Positions 51,014 through 64,000 of a stretch of DNA of 64,000 nt are shown here, in pieces. Source of the DNA: Ancylonema sp. (lineage: Eukaryota); NCBI GenBank assembly GCA_050230475.1, contig JBFLGF010000026.1:62001-126000 (forward strand), read 5' to 3'. A program made the translations under genes and the position numbers. The first letter of the stretch is position 1; each line of letters starts with the position of its first letter. Below the pieces are notes generated by a model. The model was not told the DNA's origin. It did not search any database and saw nothing but the letters and a program-made list of their open reading frames with translations.

Positions 51014-53476
51014 TCAGTTGTTCTCCTCCTTCCCAGACGGCCACCCTTGATTTTTTATTGGCAACATCAACTCCTCTAGTTTTCTTAATGTTTTTGAGTC
51101 TACCTGCCCCTGGGCTGCTTCAACAACAGACCTCACAGTCTCCTTTACCTGCACAATCTCAACGCATCTTGTTAGTGTGCTAGAAAGTCTCGAACTGATC
51201 AAACCAAAAAAACTTGCTTGTATCAACCAGAACTTTTTGATTGTCACGTTCAACCCTTACCTGTGCAGGTGAGCACATCCCAACCAGAGTCGTTGCAATC
51301 TGGTCGCTGCTATCCACTGCGTATTGAAGCGCTATTTTGCTCAAACTTTTCCCCTCGGATTTGCAATGGGCAGCTGCCAATCTACACACTTCCTGGAAAC
51401 ACCAAGAGAAGCGCACTTTAGCTCTTTGAACAATGTCCACCTCTTTTTCCAACTCGACCTCACCAAAATGTGCAAGGTGAGGGATTTTTAGGTTTAAAGA
51501 CAATCAAAATCTTCTATATCATCTCAAACCGGTTGACAGACCCCCCCATACACTTCTGTTCAGAATGACTCCTCGTTTCCAACTTCAGGGGACTAAATAC
51601 CTTGTGTTACCAAGTATGGTATGGACATGCATGTATTTAGAGCTGATCTATCGGAATGTGCATGCAAAACGACCAAGACTCAATCTCTTGACAATCCAGA
51701 AGTTGATGCTGCCTTGTAGTAAGCACTCCCCGACGGGAATACAAAACTACATCAGCATTTTTGCAAAGCCGGGAAAGGGTTTCCTTTAGGGTGCGGATTA
51801 TCACACACTCGCTTCAGTTGACAACCAGGTGAGCATTTCACGTGAACACGTCCTGCTGACGTCAGCATGATGTCATGCTGACGTTTGCGCGGACACATGC
51901 CCCAAATCACACTCTCCCCAAACTCTGCAGTTGCGACGTCATTGACCCAAAGCAAAGGTTTCAAAGCACCTCTCCGTCGGACTTGCACCACATCATTATC
52001 ACGATCTATGTTTATGTGAGCCCACCTTGATCTCTTCGGAGGCAGGATGAAAACCAGGCGGGCCTTGCTCTGTCAGCAACCCCATTGACAGGGGTGAGGC
52101 GCTTATTACCCCAACGCCCTTGCTTTGAAGGTAGGGTAGCAAGTCCAGCAAAGAAGTATCGTTTAGGCAGTTGTGGCAGTAGGAGAGGACCACGTCTATG
52201 GATCCTGGAGGAGCCCTGTCCAACAGAGTTCGGAAGATCTTTAGAGGAAGTCCCGTGACTCCTATGAATCGAACTTTTCCACTTGCTTACAGCTTCTGGA
52301 GGGCAGGCAGGGTCTCCTCGATAATCTGAGAAACAGAGACAGGCTGGTCGTTAGACAGAATGGATGAGCCCAGCGAGCCCAGCCATCTGACTCATATATA
52401 TTATGGAGGGCAGGAGACGCTGATATGGCGATTATATTAACCAGAAAGATTGGAAACAGACGGAAGATTGGAAACAAATTGCTGAATTGGTGGGAAAACC
52501 TGCGCAAGTTTGTGAGAATAGCTGTGGTCGGAGGTAACACGACCACATTACCTACCCCCGTCATGCCATGGGTCTCTGTACGCCTGCCTGGCTGCTTTTG
52601 TGTTTTTTTGCTTTTGTATAGATTACGACTTCAGCAAACTCTTTTGGTGATGATATTTGAAGTTCAGGCGAATAGCCCCACAAATAGTCCTTAATTAAGC
52701 CCCAGCTTTGTACTTCCGCTCACCACTCTGCACTCACCACCTTCAAATCTTCGAATTCGACATCGTGGCACTGGATGATATCGATATATTCAACATTTAG
52801 CCTCTTCAGACTCTCGTCCACGGACCGAGTCACCCTCTCAGCACTGAAGTCAAACAAGTCTCCGCCATAGCGACCAACTTTGGTGGAGAGCACGAACGTC
52901 TCACGAGGGATATCCTTAAGAGCCTTGCCAAGAACTTGCTCAGCCAGGGTGAGACCATAGAAGCTGATTGGTAGAAATCAAAAATGGACAGACACCTGGT
53001 GCATCAGAATTAACGCCTCGAAGTGGGAACTTTGCAGGGGTTAGATCAGAAGAATATGCACCTCGCTCTTACTGAGTCATTGTAAAGTGCCTGACCCAGA
53101 AACGTAATCGAGAAATTTGATGAGGATGAAGAAACAAGGGGAAGCGAGCTGTGTTCAAGGACGGGATGATAGGGTTAGCCAATGGTAACAAGAGTAAGTC
53201 TACGTATAGGATGCGCTTCTTTACATTTTTAGCAGAAGATGTCTGTAGCTATGTTTTGTGACAATGCATCCAGTTCACAACATCCCACAGACTGGCGATG
53301 CCACCTTACGGAGAGACGTCAATGAAGTTGATGCCCTGCCGAACAGCCTCGTGCACTGACTCGATGCCCTCAGCTTCATTGATATCGCCAAACACATTTC
53401 CTAAAGGAGAAGCTCCGAACCCCAATATGGACACAGTAAGACCTGTATTCCCCAGCTTCCTTCTCGGAAGTGCCAT
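51014..53476 (-). CDS. GalDH: L-galactose dehydrogenase (aldo-keto reductase, ascorbate pathway); 5 exons, one in-frame TAA
   Basis: Exons 53476-53310, 52963-52738, 52325-52026, 51392-51261, 51148-51014: RKLGNTGLTVSILGFGASPLGNVFG...DVSPFYG...STKVGRYG...FDFSAERV...QCHDVEF...ETLPALQKL*ASGKVRFIGVTGLPL...ASPLSMGLLTEQGPP...NQGWPSG. TAA at 52289-52287; ends in TGA. Confidence 0.88.
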
Positions 53477-54105
53477 TCTCAATTAGTTTTATCACGACTG
53501 TACCTCCTGACGCCAGCTGAATGCAGATCTTTCTTCAAACCCAGAAGTTCAACTTAGCACGGAGGTCTTAGTGATTCAGAAATTCAGGCTGGAAACAAAG
53601 GGAGAAACAAGGGAGACCAGAACGCGGAGTGCCAACCACGCTGGAGCTCCGAAGCTCCCAGGGGGGCTGAGTTCCAGGTTTCGGGATCCGGGCTCCGGGC
53701 TCCGTTTATTCTTCCGGTACGGATTCTGACTGTACGGTAAAGGTTGTCGTACAAGTGAATTGCGACCTCAATTCATCGCCACATTCCTTCGCGCTTCCTG
53801 TAGTTCTTCGGAGCGGTTGGGATCTTGGTTTTGTTCATTCCCACAGACCTACCCGGGATCTCAAATTTATATTTGCTCATTTTGTTCGGAAGCTGGTGTG
53901 CGGTTTTATTTAATTATTGTAGGAGATCATCTTTTTGCATGTTATCATAGATTTGTCTGCCTATCCCCTTGCCTCATGTAATAGCTTAGGGAACTCCCGT
54001 TTTCGAAGCAACTAGAGCAGCATGGCAAGATCACTCTGATCAACTTGCACTGCAGTAAGTGCTGGTTTGCAGCGCCCAGCTAGCCGGTAGAGAACATAAG
54101 TCATC

Positions 54106-56460
54106 ATGGCAGACGGTAATGCAGCTACAGTAGCCAAAGATCTAGCTGCCGGCACGGTTGCCGGTATATGTCAGCTTCTAGTTGGCCATCCCTTTGACAC
54201 ACTTAAAGTAAAATTACAAGCTCAACCAGCCCCTTTGCCAGGTCAACCCCCCCTGTACACCTCTGCAATGGATGCTGTACGGAAAACCTTTGCTGCGGAA
54301 GGGGCCATGGGGTTTTATGCTGGGATCGGGCCTCCTTTGGCTACAGTGGCTCATTTCAATGCTGTTCTGTTCACTGCTCGAGGCCAAATGGAAGCCATTC
54401 TCAAGACGAACCCGAGTGACGACTTGACAATTCCTCAGTCCTTTGTAGCGGGAGCGGGGGCAGGGTTGGCTGTTACATTTGTGGCCTGTCCAACGGAGCT
54501 CGTCAAGTGCAGGCTTCAGGCGCTAGGGGCAAGTGTAGCTAAGGTGAGCCGGTTCTCTAAGTTCTCACTGATGGTGCCCATCCAACTTCATTGATATCAG
54601 GCACCTCTTTCATCTATTCAATCCACCATCAAGAAAATGCGATCTGAACTTGATCAATCGAGATAAATATTGTAACGAAGTTTCAGCCGCAGAGGTATGT
54701 TAACTGAATATGAAGCATAGATGACACACTGTAAAGTCTGTAGTCATCTCGGGCCCTCCGATCCTTGACTTACTACCATATTTACATTATGTGCACTAGT
54801 CGAACCCCAGGGAGCTCAGCTGTGACCAGGGAGACATACAGGCTGCAAGTCGTTGTGCCTTCTGCACAGAAGGATGATATGACTTCACAGTAAATGTGCC
54901 GCGCTGAACTGTCAAGAGAAACTTTTTAGCATCAAACAAAAGCCGGCATGAAGAACATATGTGAACGCATTGCTGTAATAATTACGACTCCAAAGCCATG
55001 CTATTCGAAAATATGGTATGAGTCGAAACCAGGAAATATAACCCTCAAAAGCATCTAATATTTTCTGTGAACTTTACTGTTCCGCTCACTCCCGCTCACG
55101 TTTTGACAGGTGGCAGTTTCTGCCGGGCTGGCAGAAGGGATTGCTATAGCCAGTACCGTATCTGCTGGCATGACAGGTGGTAGTGTCGCTGCTGGGGTGT
55201 CAAAAGCGGTACATTACACCGGACCTATGGACGTGGCCCGCCAGGTCATCAAATCTGAGGGTGGCGTGCTGGGGCTTTTCAAAGGTCTCACCCCCACGCT
55301 GCTGCGAGAAGTCCCGGGGAACGCCTGCTTGTTTGGTGCTTACGAGGGAACCAAACAGGTGAGAGTGACACCATATGCAAAAAGAAGGGTAGTTTTGTGC
55401 CACATGACACCTGTGTTCGGTCTTTGATAATCGGGTGTGAAAGGGTTTCGTGGCAACTGTATGATGGAGATATATGAAAAGGACAGAAATTCGCACTACT
55501 GAACAAATGGGAAGCTTTTGCATGGCAAGCAAGGGAAAAGCAGTGGGGTTTACAAGGGATATAAAGTATTTGGGCCTAGAGTTCATCAAAGGTGGTATCA
55601 TGCGAATGTGAGAGCATCGGAACCCCAATCTTTATTGGATGGAAAGATTTCTAGGGCACCTCTCTGGTGGTGCGAAGTCAAATGAAATCTCATCTCACTC
55701 AATTCTCATACCTATCATGTCAGCTCCTGTTCGGCTGTGGGCCACTCCACCTGCCGTGAGCTGGCAAAGTGGAGAGTCTGAAACTGACACCTGCTCCCTC
55801 CTCCTCCTCTCCTGTAACGCCACCTGTCCACCTGCAGCTGCTAGCAGGTGGCAGTGACACTTCGAAGCTGGGGCAGGGAGACAAGTTGCTGGCAGGGGGG
55901 GTGGCGGGAGCCGTGTTTTGGGCGTCGGTGTACCCTGCTGACGTCATCAAGAGCATGATGCAAGTGGACGATTACAAGTGAGCAGTACACCAATAACTGA
56001 GAGTCTGTACTGGAGGCGGAGAATGAGAGGTCATAATTGAGACGGTGTAATTGGCTAAGCTGATGATCAATCTTGGCGAGTTTTTTTGAGAGAGGTATTT
56101 GCGCTGCGGGAAGTTTGGCTGTTGTGAGATATCGTTGAAATAAGTTATAACATGAAGAAGAACAAATGTAAGAATACGTAACTTGAGGATTGTGGGAGTG
56201 GCTGGCCACAACCTATCGGTAAAAGACAGGAAACATCCACCATAACATTTGTTCAAATTAAGTTTGCTGATCAGCGTACTCTGTTACCCTGCAGAAACCC
56301 GAAGTACAAAGGCATGGGAGACGCGTTCAAAAAAGTTTGGGCCACCGAGGGGCTCAAGGGTCTATATAGAGGATTTGGACCGGCCATGGCTCGAAGTATT
56401 CCAGCGAATGCAGTTTGCTTCCTCGCGTATGAGGTTGCTCGAGATTCTCTCGGGCGGTGA
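54106..56460 (+). CDS. BOU: Mitochondrial carrier, BOU / carnitine-acylcarnitine carrier-like (4 exons)
   Basis: Exons 54106-54543, 55110-55358, 55838-55977, 56295-56460. Three carrier signatures (PFDTLKVKLQ, PTELVKCRLQ, PADVIKSMMQ); BOU-typical KDLAAGTVAG, QPAPLPGQPP, VDDYKNPKY; ends in TGA. Confidence 0.9.
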
Positions 56461-58470
56461 ATTATGCATAAGGGTCTCGATAAATATTTATTTGTAGTTA
56501 GTGTAGTTATTTGGAGTGAGTATGGAGACCATAAGATTTCTGGTAATCAACCGTGCCTCCCTCCCTTCAAAGATCTTCGGAGGAAGGGGGAATCCTATTA
56601 AAAATAAGAAAGAACTCTCAGTATCTATGTGTTTTTGTTGGTCTCGTTGGATCAATCATTCAAATCTGAAATGCATCTCACCGTTGATATTTTTTTTGAT
56701 GGTTTTCTTTCATCATATCTTTGACCACATCAATAGTTGGTGCTTTTGTAGGGGCGTAGAAATCCAACCATGCCTACCGCTTCCCTATTGCTGCACCCCT
56801 ATGCAATATCAATGAGTATGGGATTAGTGGGCCTCTTCATATGCATGATTCGCTATCGTTATATGGTTGTGATATTTGTGACGTACTTGGGTGTAACTAA
56901 AATAGAGTGTTGCAAAATATGTCACATAAGCATATAGAGATACCAAGACAAACAACGTGTGCTTGTAGTCTCGTGTGTCGAAGTGAGTACTCGAGTACGA
57001 CAAAATGGAGGATATAAAATCCACATAATCCCAAGACTCAATAAACAACGATGCAAATCGCAACCCACGACCATAATGCCATTTTAGCGTTTTACTACCG
57101 GAAGTGGGTTTTTTGCAGTGAACGGGAATATGAACGGGAACATGACGTTGACGCTAAGAAAATGGAAAAGGAGGTGGAATGGAGTGATATTCGAGGAACA
57201 CAACTAATTTCGACCTTACAACGAGCGAGAATCACTAACATGAGCGGAAGGCTTTGGAAGGCTCGATAAGGTTGGAAGGATAATGACCTAGTTTTTGCAT
57301 CCAGACCGCCAAATCCATTGATTGTAATTATCAGCTCTACCCTTTTCGGATCATCATTTCTTGCCACTACAATAAGTAGTAATGGAAATGACGAATCAAG
57401 GGATTTGAAAGTTAATATGGAAGGACAAGGCATTTGAAGGCTTAAATGCCGAACCCTACCACCCGCCAAATGGCTCAGGGTGGGGTGGATATCAACGGTC
57501 TTGCGGGTGGCCCCACAACTACCGCTTTCCAACCCGATAGACAACTTCGGCCTTTGGCGAGTGTTAGGGCGGTCTGAATAAGCGGGGGCGCATTAATGAA
57601 TAGACGGGACAAAAACGTGAAATGAAAACAATTAGGCTTACGGTAGCATTTTTAGGCCCTAAAAATCCCGACGATATAATAATTAATAAGGTTAAAAAAT
57701 TTATGAAGGGTAAACCTTAATAATGTTAATCATTCATGAGATACATCATTTTGGGGTTGAATATTAATGCTGATCACAATAGTCGAGTTAAAACTAGAAA
57801 TAATGAGGTTTGGCATGCTTTCTTATCATGACATTTATAGATATACTGACAAACGGATTTCTCACATAAAAGATCCCAAAAAAGTTATTTGTTGTATTTT
57901 TGGCATGGGTACGAGACACCAAGGTAGTTCACATTGACATGGAATGAGTGTTAAATTGGTGTAGACTAATCATTGGATGTAACAAAAGCCCATACATCAT
58001 CGCCATCGGAAATATGATACCATCAAACCTTTTTGGGCCTTAAAAGTAATCCTCCTCACGTATACTTATGGACGTCGAGGTGACCATGGATACCTTGAAA
58101 GGAGAAATGCTCTAACGAGATAAAGACGACCGTTACTTCGCAATCATGACTCGTACGTATATCGATGTTCAATGGGGATTCACATGTATCCATAATTATC
58201 AAAATTATCAACCTGTATTGCGAAGGCGAGACACCTCTCAAAATAAGGCTCAAGTAAAGATCGATTTCCATAAAAACAAACATACAAAAAAATATTGAAA
58301 CCCCAAACACATTGTTAACACAAATTTCTTTTAATATCTATTCGCAAGGTTCCCAATATAAATAGAAAAATAATGGAATCGTCCTTCTCATATCAACAAA
58401 CATTCCTCCCTATCTTGCATCAACTCGAATACAAATGACGTCACCATAAATACCTACCATTGGGAAATCC

Positions 58471-60320
58471 TAGGGTTGGGTTTTAAATCCTTTTAAACCC
58501 CCCCCCCTCCATATATAACCTTAAAAACTTAAAATCTCAAAAACCTTAACTTGTTAATAATCCAGCAAAGAGGTGTTTGGATCCAGATCACACCACTGAA
58601 TTCATTGGCGACCTTAAAAACTGTCAATTATGAAGAAAAAATAACGTTTCACACAAAATCATATATGTTGATCTGCAAACCGTTCATTGATGTGTGTGAA
58701 CTATTGCTACTTGTCATTGTATACATATCTTCATACATCTTTGTTATTCTCATGCCCATACATATATAAGGAAAGCGATGACTAAGTTGGTAGCCATAAC
58801 CACTGTGTCTTGAGGCAATTCCACGATGTGGATAAATAGTGATAAAAGGCATAATAATGCTTGTAGACCATGAAAGGACATCACAAATACTCTTGCTCTC
58901 ATATATATCTCAACCTAAAAAAGAAAATGACTCTCGATCTTTATAAGACGAGTGTAAAATTTAAAAAAAAAAACTCATGAATTAGGAGTTTAACTTACAC
59001 TCTAAATGTGTTACACCATCTTGCAAATACAAGCACCCTCGTTCTCGAGAGAACAAAATGACCCCACAAATGCATTTTCCTATAATCGATACACTCTGGC
59101 CCCTCAAACAACAACTCTTAAATTACAAAAGGCACTCGATTAAACGACAAACCAGGGCCCAAGGACGATGGGACCATGTTTACCCACATACTCTTGTCCC
59201 TAAACGGTGTCCACTTTTGTGTCATAGACCGATAGCGGCCCAAATATTTATGACAACTTCGTCTTCCTAATCACTTGTGAAACATTCGGGACGGTAGTTT
59301 CGACAACTAATTCTGTTAATCCTTCCAACTCAAGCTCATGAAACATCTCGTTCACAACAACATCAAACCCTTCTTGGTCTTCGACGACCAAGGGGGACAC
59401 ATGCGATTCTGGATCGCCTTCTACAACACCCCGATATGCATTCTCCTCTTGAAGTGAATCCGATGACGCCCCCTCTCCCATCGATGTTGCCTCCGCCGTG
59501 GCCGAGGATGACCCCGCACCCACTTCCGTCGCCATTTCCACCACTGACTCCGAATTCTCCACCCGCCAAAATGGAAGTTTAGCTAAAAAAGTCGCCTAAA
59601 GTTCAGTTATGTGAAAGATGTGCAACCTCTCCTCATCAAACGGCAGAGGTTTTCCTTCAACTACGTGCAATTTAGGCTGTTTGGCACTGCCACCGCTTCC
59701 ATCACCTTGCTTTGATTCTACTCCAAGAATAGCGGTATCCTGATCATCTGAAAGATTGGCGCATCTTCGAATGTGCGCCTTCATGCTCTCCTCGCCCCCC
59801 CGGACTCTTGTTTCTCCTCCTGCATTCCCCGGGTTTGGAATTAGTACATGTTGCGAAGGCGACGATATTCAACGTGTCGGCAATAGAGCGACGGCGAAGA
59901 CAACACGGTTTGGAAATACACATATGAACTCCGTCCAACGTACCCTCCTTCATGCATGCGATACACGACGCTCAAAAACGAACTTTCTTCTTCTTCTCCA
60001 ACTTCGTGAAGTGTTCCCACATAGGCCCCAATGGCCTTCCCCCTCTTCGTGCGGCATCAACTGGCTCGGCACCTGGCATTTGATGATCTCAGGACCCACT
60101 AAGAACTCATGTGCAGACACACAGCCGCTAAGGAACAAGGCACCCGAAAGAAATATACGATCTGTGGCTTAAGTGGTTACGTGGCATTTTTAAGGGTTTT
60201 TAAGGGACCACATTTTAAGGGTTTTGAAGGGTCCGAACATCCAAGGGGTTTAAAAACTTAACCTAAAAACATTAATTAAAACTCTTAAATTGCTATGGTT
60301 TTTAAGGTTGTGCAACCCTA
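58471..60320 (-). mobile_element. Degenerate hAT element with BED zinc-finger remnant
   Basis: TIR TAGGGTTG / CAACCCTA; near-TSD GGAAATCC / GGATATCT; TTTTAAGGG subterminal repeats. Minus-strand remnant GRPLGPMWEHFTKL...ASCIAC...KAHIRRC at about 59760-60045. Confidence 0.7.
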
Positions 60321-60719
60321 GGATATCTTACGTCTAAAAGCTAGAGTAACTTCCCATTACAACTCATGGGTCTACATAACGTTGATGGTCGCCTTATCAA
60401 CAACGGGTAGATCGGAACCAAAAATAGTCGCCAACCGCCCTTTCATGACGAGCCCACGTGGACCTTCAATCTGAGTGTGCATATTTTCTATTGAAGCCAG
60501 CTCGCCGAACCATCTATCCAACACTTCATTGAACTCGGCTTGGTCTGTGACTAACTCAGGTTGTGTTCCGTCGCTCTCCTTGGGTCGTTCACAATTGAGT
60601 GCAGGCAGCGGAAGGAGGTCGGCGGAGGACTCTCTCAAAGGTATCAATACTTATTTCTCCTTGTATGGAGCGGGTGGAGGAAGAAGACCTCCACCCGAGG
60701 ACCTACATGTCTCTCAATG

Positions 60720-62230
60720 TCATATTTTCTCTTCCGTTTGCTCCGATTCCGGCGTCTTTGCCCTTCCGTTTGCTCCCGATTCCGGAAGGATGTTGTTGAG
60801 TCGCCAAATGTTGTGGACTTTCGTTATTTCATCCATGTAAGGAGCCTGTCGGGTGCCCACCAATCCAATTCAGTTATCTTCCCTTGCATTTGCCCGAACT
60901 AGTTTCGATACCCAAAAATATATTGAGAAGAGAGCTCGAGAACAAAGCTTAAACCATTCGAAGAGGGCGTTCAGACCGAAAATCGAGCATGCCCATCGTC
61001 GTGGTCAGACCTCCATCGGGAACCGCAGAGTGATGGATTTGTGGAGAAAATATCGTGGTGGACGCGATGGAATCAGGGGACGGGAAGATTTCCTCAATTG
61101 CAGAGTGAAGATACTTATTGAAAAAATCTCCAACTGGATAGCGCCTATTTACAAAATCTCCAGACGTAGCGAGTGAAATATTATCTAACGCAAATCATTA
61201 TCCTGCCTCCAGCGGTCTGTCATAAAAATGAGGAGATTGCATTTCTTGATTTCAATTATAATTGTCTAACGTACGGGGTCTTAAAGGGCTTTCATTGGAT
61301 ATCAGAACGTATATTAACAAGAACGGACTCGGCCCAATCCTCACCTCGCATGGTGTCCATATTCTTTCTCTTATTTTGCGTGCCATATTCCATACAACTA
61401 CTTCACCGTTTGCAAACGATGTGACGCTTGATAGCAATCTCCCGTTGTCATAGTTGTGGCCTAGAATTGTAGCTTGTGAGTTCCAAAAAATAACTTCAGA
61501 GCTCAGAAGTCACAGTTCCAGGACACAACTGTAAAAAAAGGGTACTCCCGTCAAGCGAGCTTCTATCGCCACAATGTTCGCAGACTATAAGGGCATTGTA
61601 TGGAATATGGTGGGCAAAACACTAAAAAGAAAAATGTACAATAAACAAGTTGAGGATTGGGTTGACTCCGTTTTTTTTTATGTAACTTCCAATATACAAT
61701 CAAACCCTATAAGACCCAATACGTTAGCCAATTATAATGGAAATCAGGGAGCGCAATCCCCTTCTTCTTTGATGATGCGTTGGATGATGTTCCACTCACT
61801 GCATTTGGAAAATTTATATATAGGCGCCTTCCATTTGGAGAGTTTTTGAAAAGGCTAATGGCTTATGAAAACGAAAATATCATCCCGTCCCCTGATTCCA
61901 TCCTGTCCACGGCGATAATTTATAAATAGGTCCATTACTCTGCAGTTCCAGATGGAGGGCTGACCCCGACGATGGGCATGCCCGATTTTCGGTCCGAGCG
62001 CGCTCTTCGTGTGGTTCGAACTCGTTTTTCGAGCTCTCTTCTCTATAACCTTTTGGGTATCTAAACTGGTTTGGGTGAAAGCGAGGGGAAAAAAATGGAG
62101 CGGATTGGTGGGGAGAAGATTAACTCCTTGTATGGATCAAAGATCGCAACTCCACGGCATCTTCAAAGAAACGGGAGCAAACAGAAGGAAAAAGATTCCG
62201 AAAATGGGATTAAACGGAATAAAAAATATG
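60720..62230. repeat. Long diverged inverted repeat (arms about 60720-61443 and 61556-62230)
   Basis: For example GACCGAAAATCGAGCATGCCCATCGTCG vs CGACGATGGGCATGCCCGATTTTCGGTC, and GATGGAATCAGGGGACGGGA vs TCCCGTCCCCTGATTCCATC. Confidence 0.8.
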
Positions 62231-64000
62231 ATATTGAGAGACATTTAGGTCCTGACACTCTTGCCATTAATGAAGGTTGAGGATATCTTTGAACATCGTT
62301 ATGCTCGGATATGCTTCAAGCTTGCGTTTGTAAAAACTTATTCCACATATTCACTTTTGGTTCCACTTTCTCTTACCATCGTGAGGGACAAGGTGCGGTA
62401 GGAGACTCTGTAGCCATGAAGACTACCGCCGATATCTCTTGGTCGATAATAGTGGTGGGAGGCGAACTAGAGATCCCGATCAACACCGTGTGAGAGAAGC
62501 GGTACGTGTTATTAGGACGGTCGTGGGTGCTAAATCGACAAAGTCATATTGTTATCCATGATTGCCAAGTTATTGACTCAATTGATCTTCTCTCAAGGTG
62601 TCTGTTTTTCAAATGGTCAAAAGGCGTCTAGAGTATTGTATTGTACCATTTTTCGCTTATGATAGCAACAATATGTCTTGCATGCTGCGTGTAACCGGGC
62701 AAGAATACCTCGGTTTCAAGGACCGTTGAACCAACCAATACACCTCTAATGTAGGCACGACATAGTTTCTTTTAGAGACAACACTACGGGGTTCCTTCTT
62801 GGAATCCATACGTGATGGAGAGTGCAAAGACATTAGGTGCAAAGAAATTTGGAAAGCCAAGGGATCTCAAGATCTTGAATAAAATGTGTATTGGGGGGAG
62901 AGAGAATACAATATGGAATTGGTGTTCAAAATGTTGAGAATGAGCTCTATTTAAACCACTCTCCAAGCGTCGGAAGTCATCCGACACCTACCCTCGGCCA
63001 TCCGGCTCTACCATCGGATGTAGCCGACAACTAAATACACGGCATTATCGTGTCCGAACAAGATTAAATAGGGCCTAAAACCTCTTTGAGAACATTCCCG
63101 ACTACATCGTCCCCTAATTTCACACGTCACTTCCGGGCCTATCCCGGAAGTCGTCCTTACCTAATTCCGGGTCGTCTGGGGCCAACCCCGACGTTCCTAA
63201 AATTAAGCTAACGTGTTGCACGACGCTATTTTGTTAAACATTTTGGGTCACTCCTGCGCGTACATATTAGAAGAGTTGCAACCGGCAGCCGTTCATAGTG
63301 AGTTCATTTACAATAAAAGTGAATTCGTCTTTGATATGTCAGACACTATTTAGTTCATTGACTTTGGAAGTGATCAACTTCCGCTTAACACGCTGAGACA
63401 AATCCGATGAAATTTCATCGTAATTAGCACGCAATTTCGTCCACATTGCGGTCGGATCTCGACGACTATTATAGAGATTGGCGGCTCTTTTGTCGCTTAC
63501 TAGATATAATATCTGATCAACATAGATGCCTTCTCCTCACGAGAAAATCCTTTCATATCATCCAATCCGTCAAACGCATTGAAGTCTCGTCCGAATACTC
63601 GAGGCTCACCTTCTATTCCATCACAAATATATAGAGAATCGTTGACATCCAATATTGCCGTTGCTTTAGATAGTCGAACCTAAAAACGAACTTTATCTTC
63701 ATCAAAGGATCGTAGTCTTATTGTGATATCACTTCTACTACTTGATTACGCCATCGATATAAGAATTGCAGCACCCAACTACTCATGAATCAAAAATCAC
63801 AACAATGTACACTTAAACAACAAATGAATTTTGCGGTTAGAGAATTGATTGAAAATTTTGAGACCAAAGTCATGCCCCAAATATAAAGTCGCCATGTGGT
63901 GCCTTCTTCACACATACCCTGCTCTTCCTTCCCACCCTCCTCTCTGCACTCGTCAGGTCTTTGCTTTTCCTCTTCCTGTTTTTTGCACTTGGGGAAACTA

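Noticed and set aside
52290..52300. GTAAGC donor-like word overlapping the GalDH TAA (micro-intron rescue)
   Set aside because: The nearest AGs give 9-17 nt introns or remove the conserved GKVRF segment; not a plausible spliceosomal intron.

Overview
Eukaryotic nuclear DNA with GT-AG introns and many transposons. The gene content suggests a streptophyte (charophyte alga or early-diverging land plant); this is inferred from the gene families, not proven. Six spliced host genes could be reconstructed by hand: a UVR-motif coiled-coil protein (-), a CxCSPTTHPGSFRCRxH-motif/hydrophobic-segment/2xLysM protein (-), an NTF2/SnoaL-like protein (+), a secreted PAN + root-cap/LEA-like protein (-), L-galactose dehydrogenase (-) and a BOU-type mitochondrial carrier (+). 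There is also a truncated Nup98-like gene with tandem GLEBS exons and an inverted pseudogene copy of the UVR gene. The centre holds a 12.6 kb chain of PIF/Harbinger elements joined at shared TAA/TTA triplets, including a 9.9 kb palindromic doublet (26038-35936) with two intact Myb-like genes and two broken transposases. Also present: a MULE, hAT and Tc1/mariner MITEs, a BED-finger hAT remnant and an RLE non-LTR retroelement fragment. Most notable: the self-targeting Harbinger chain and palindrome; single in-frame TAG/TAA codons in two otherwise intact genes; patchy identity suggesting gene conversion between inverted copies; the LysM fusion; and the multi-GLEBS gene. Family assignments are from motif recognition only; no searches were run.
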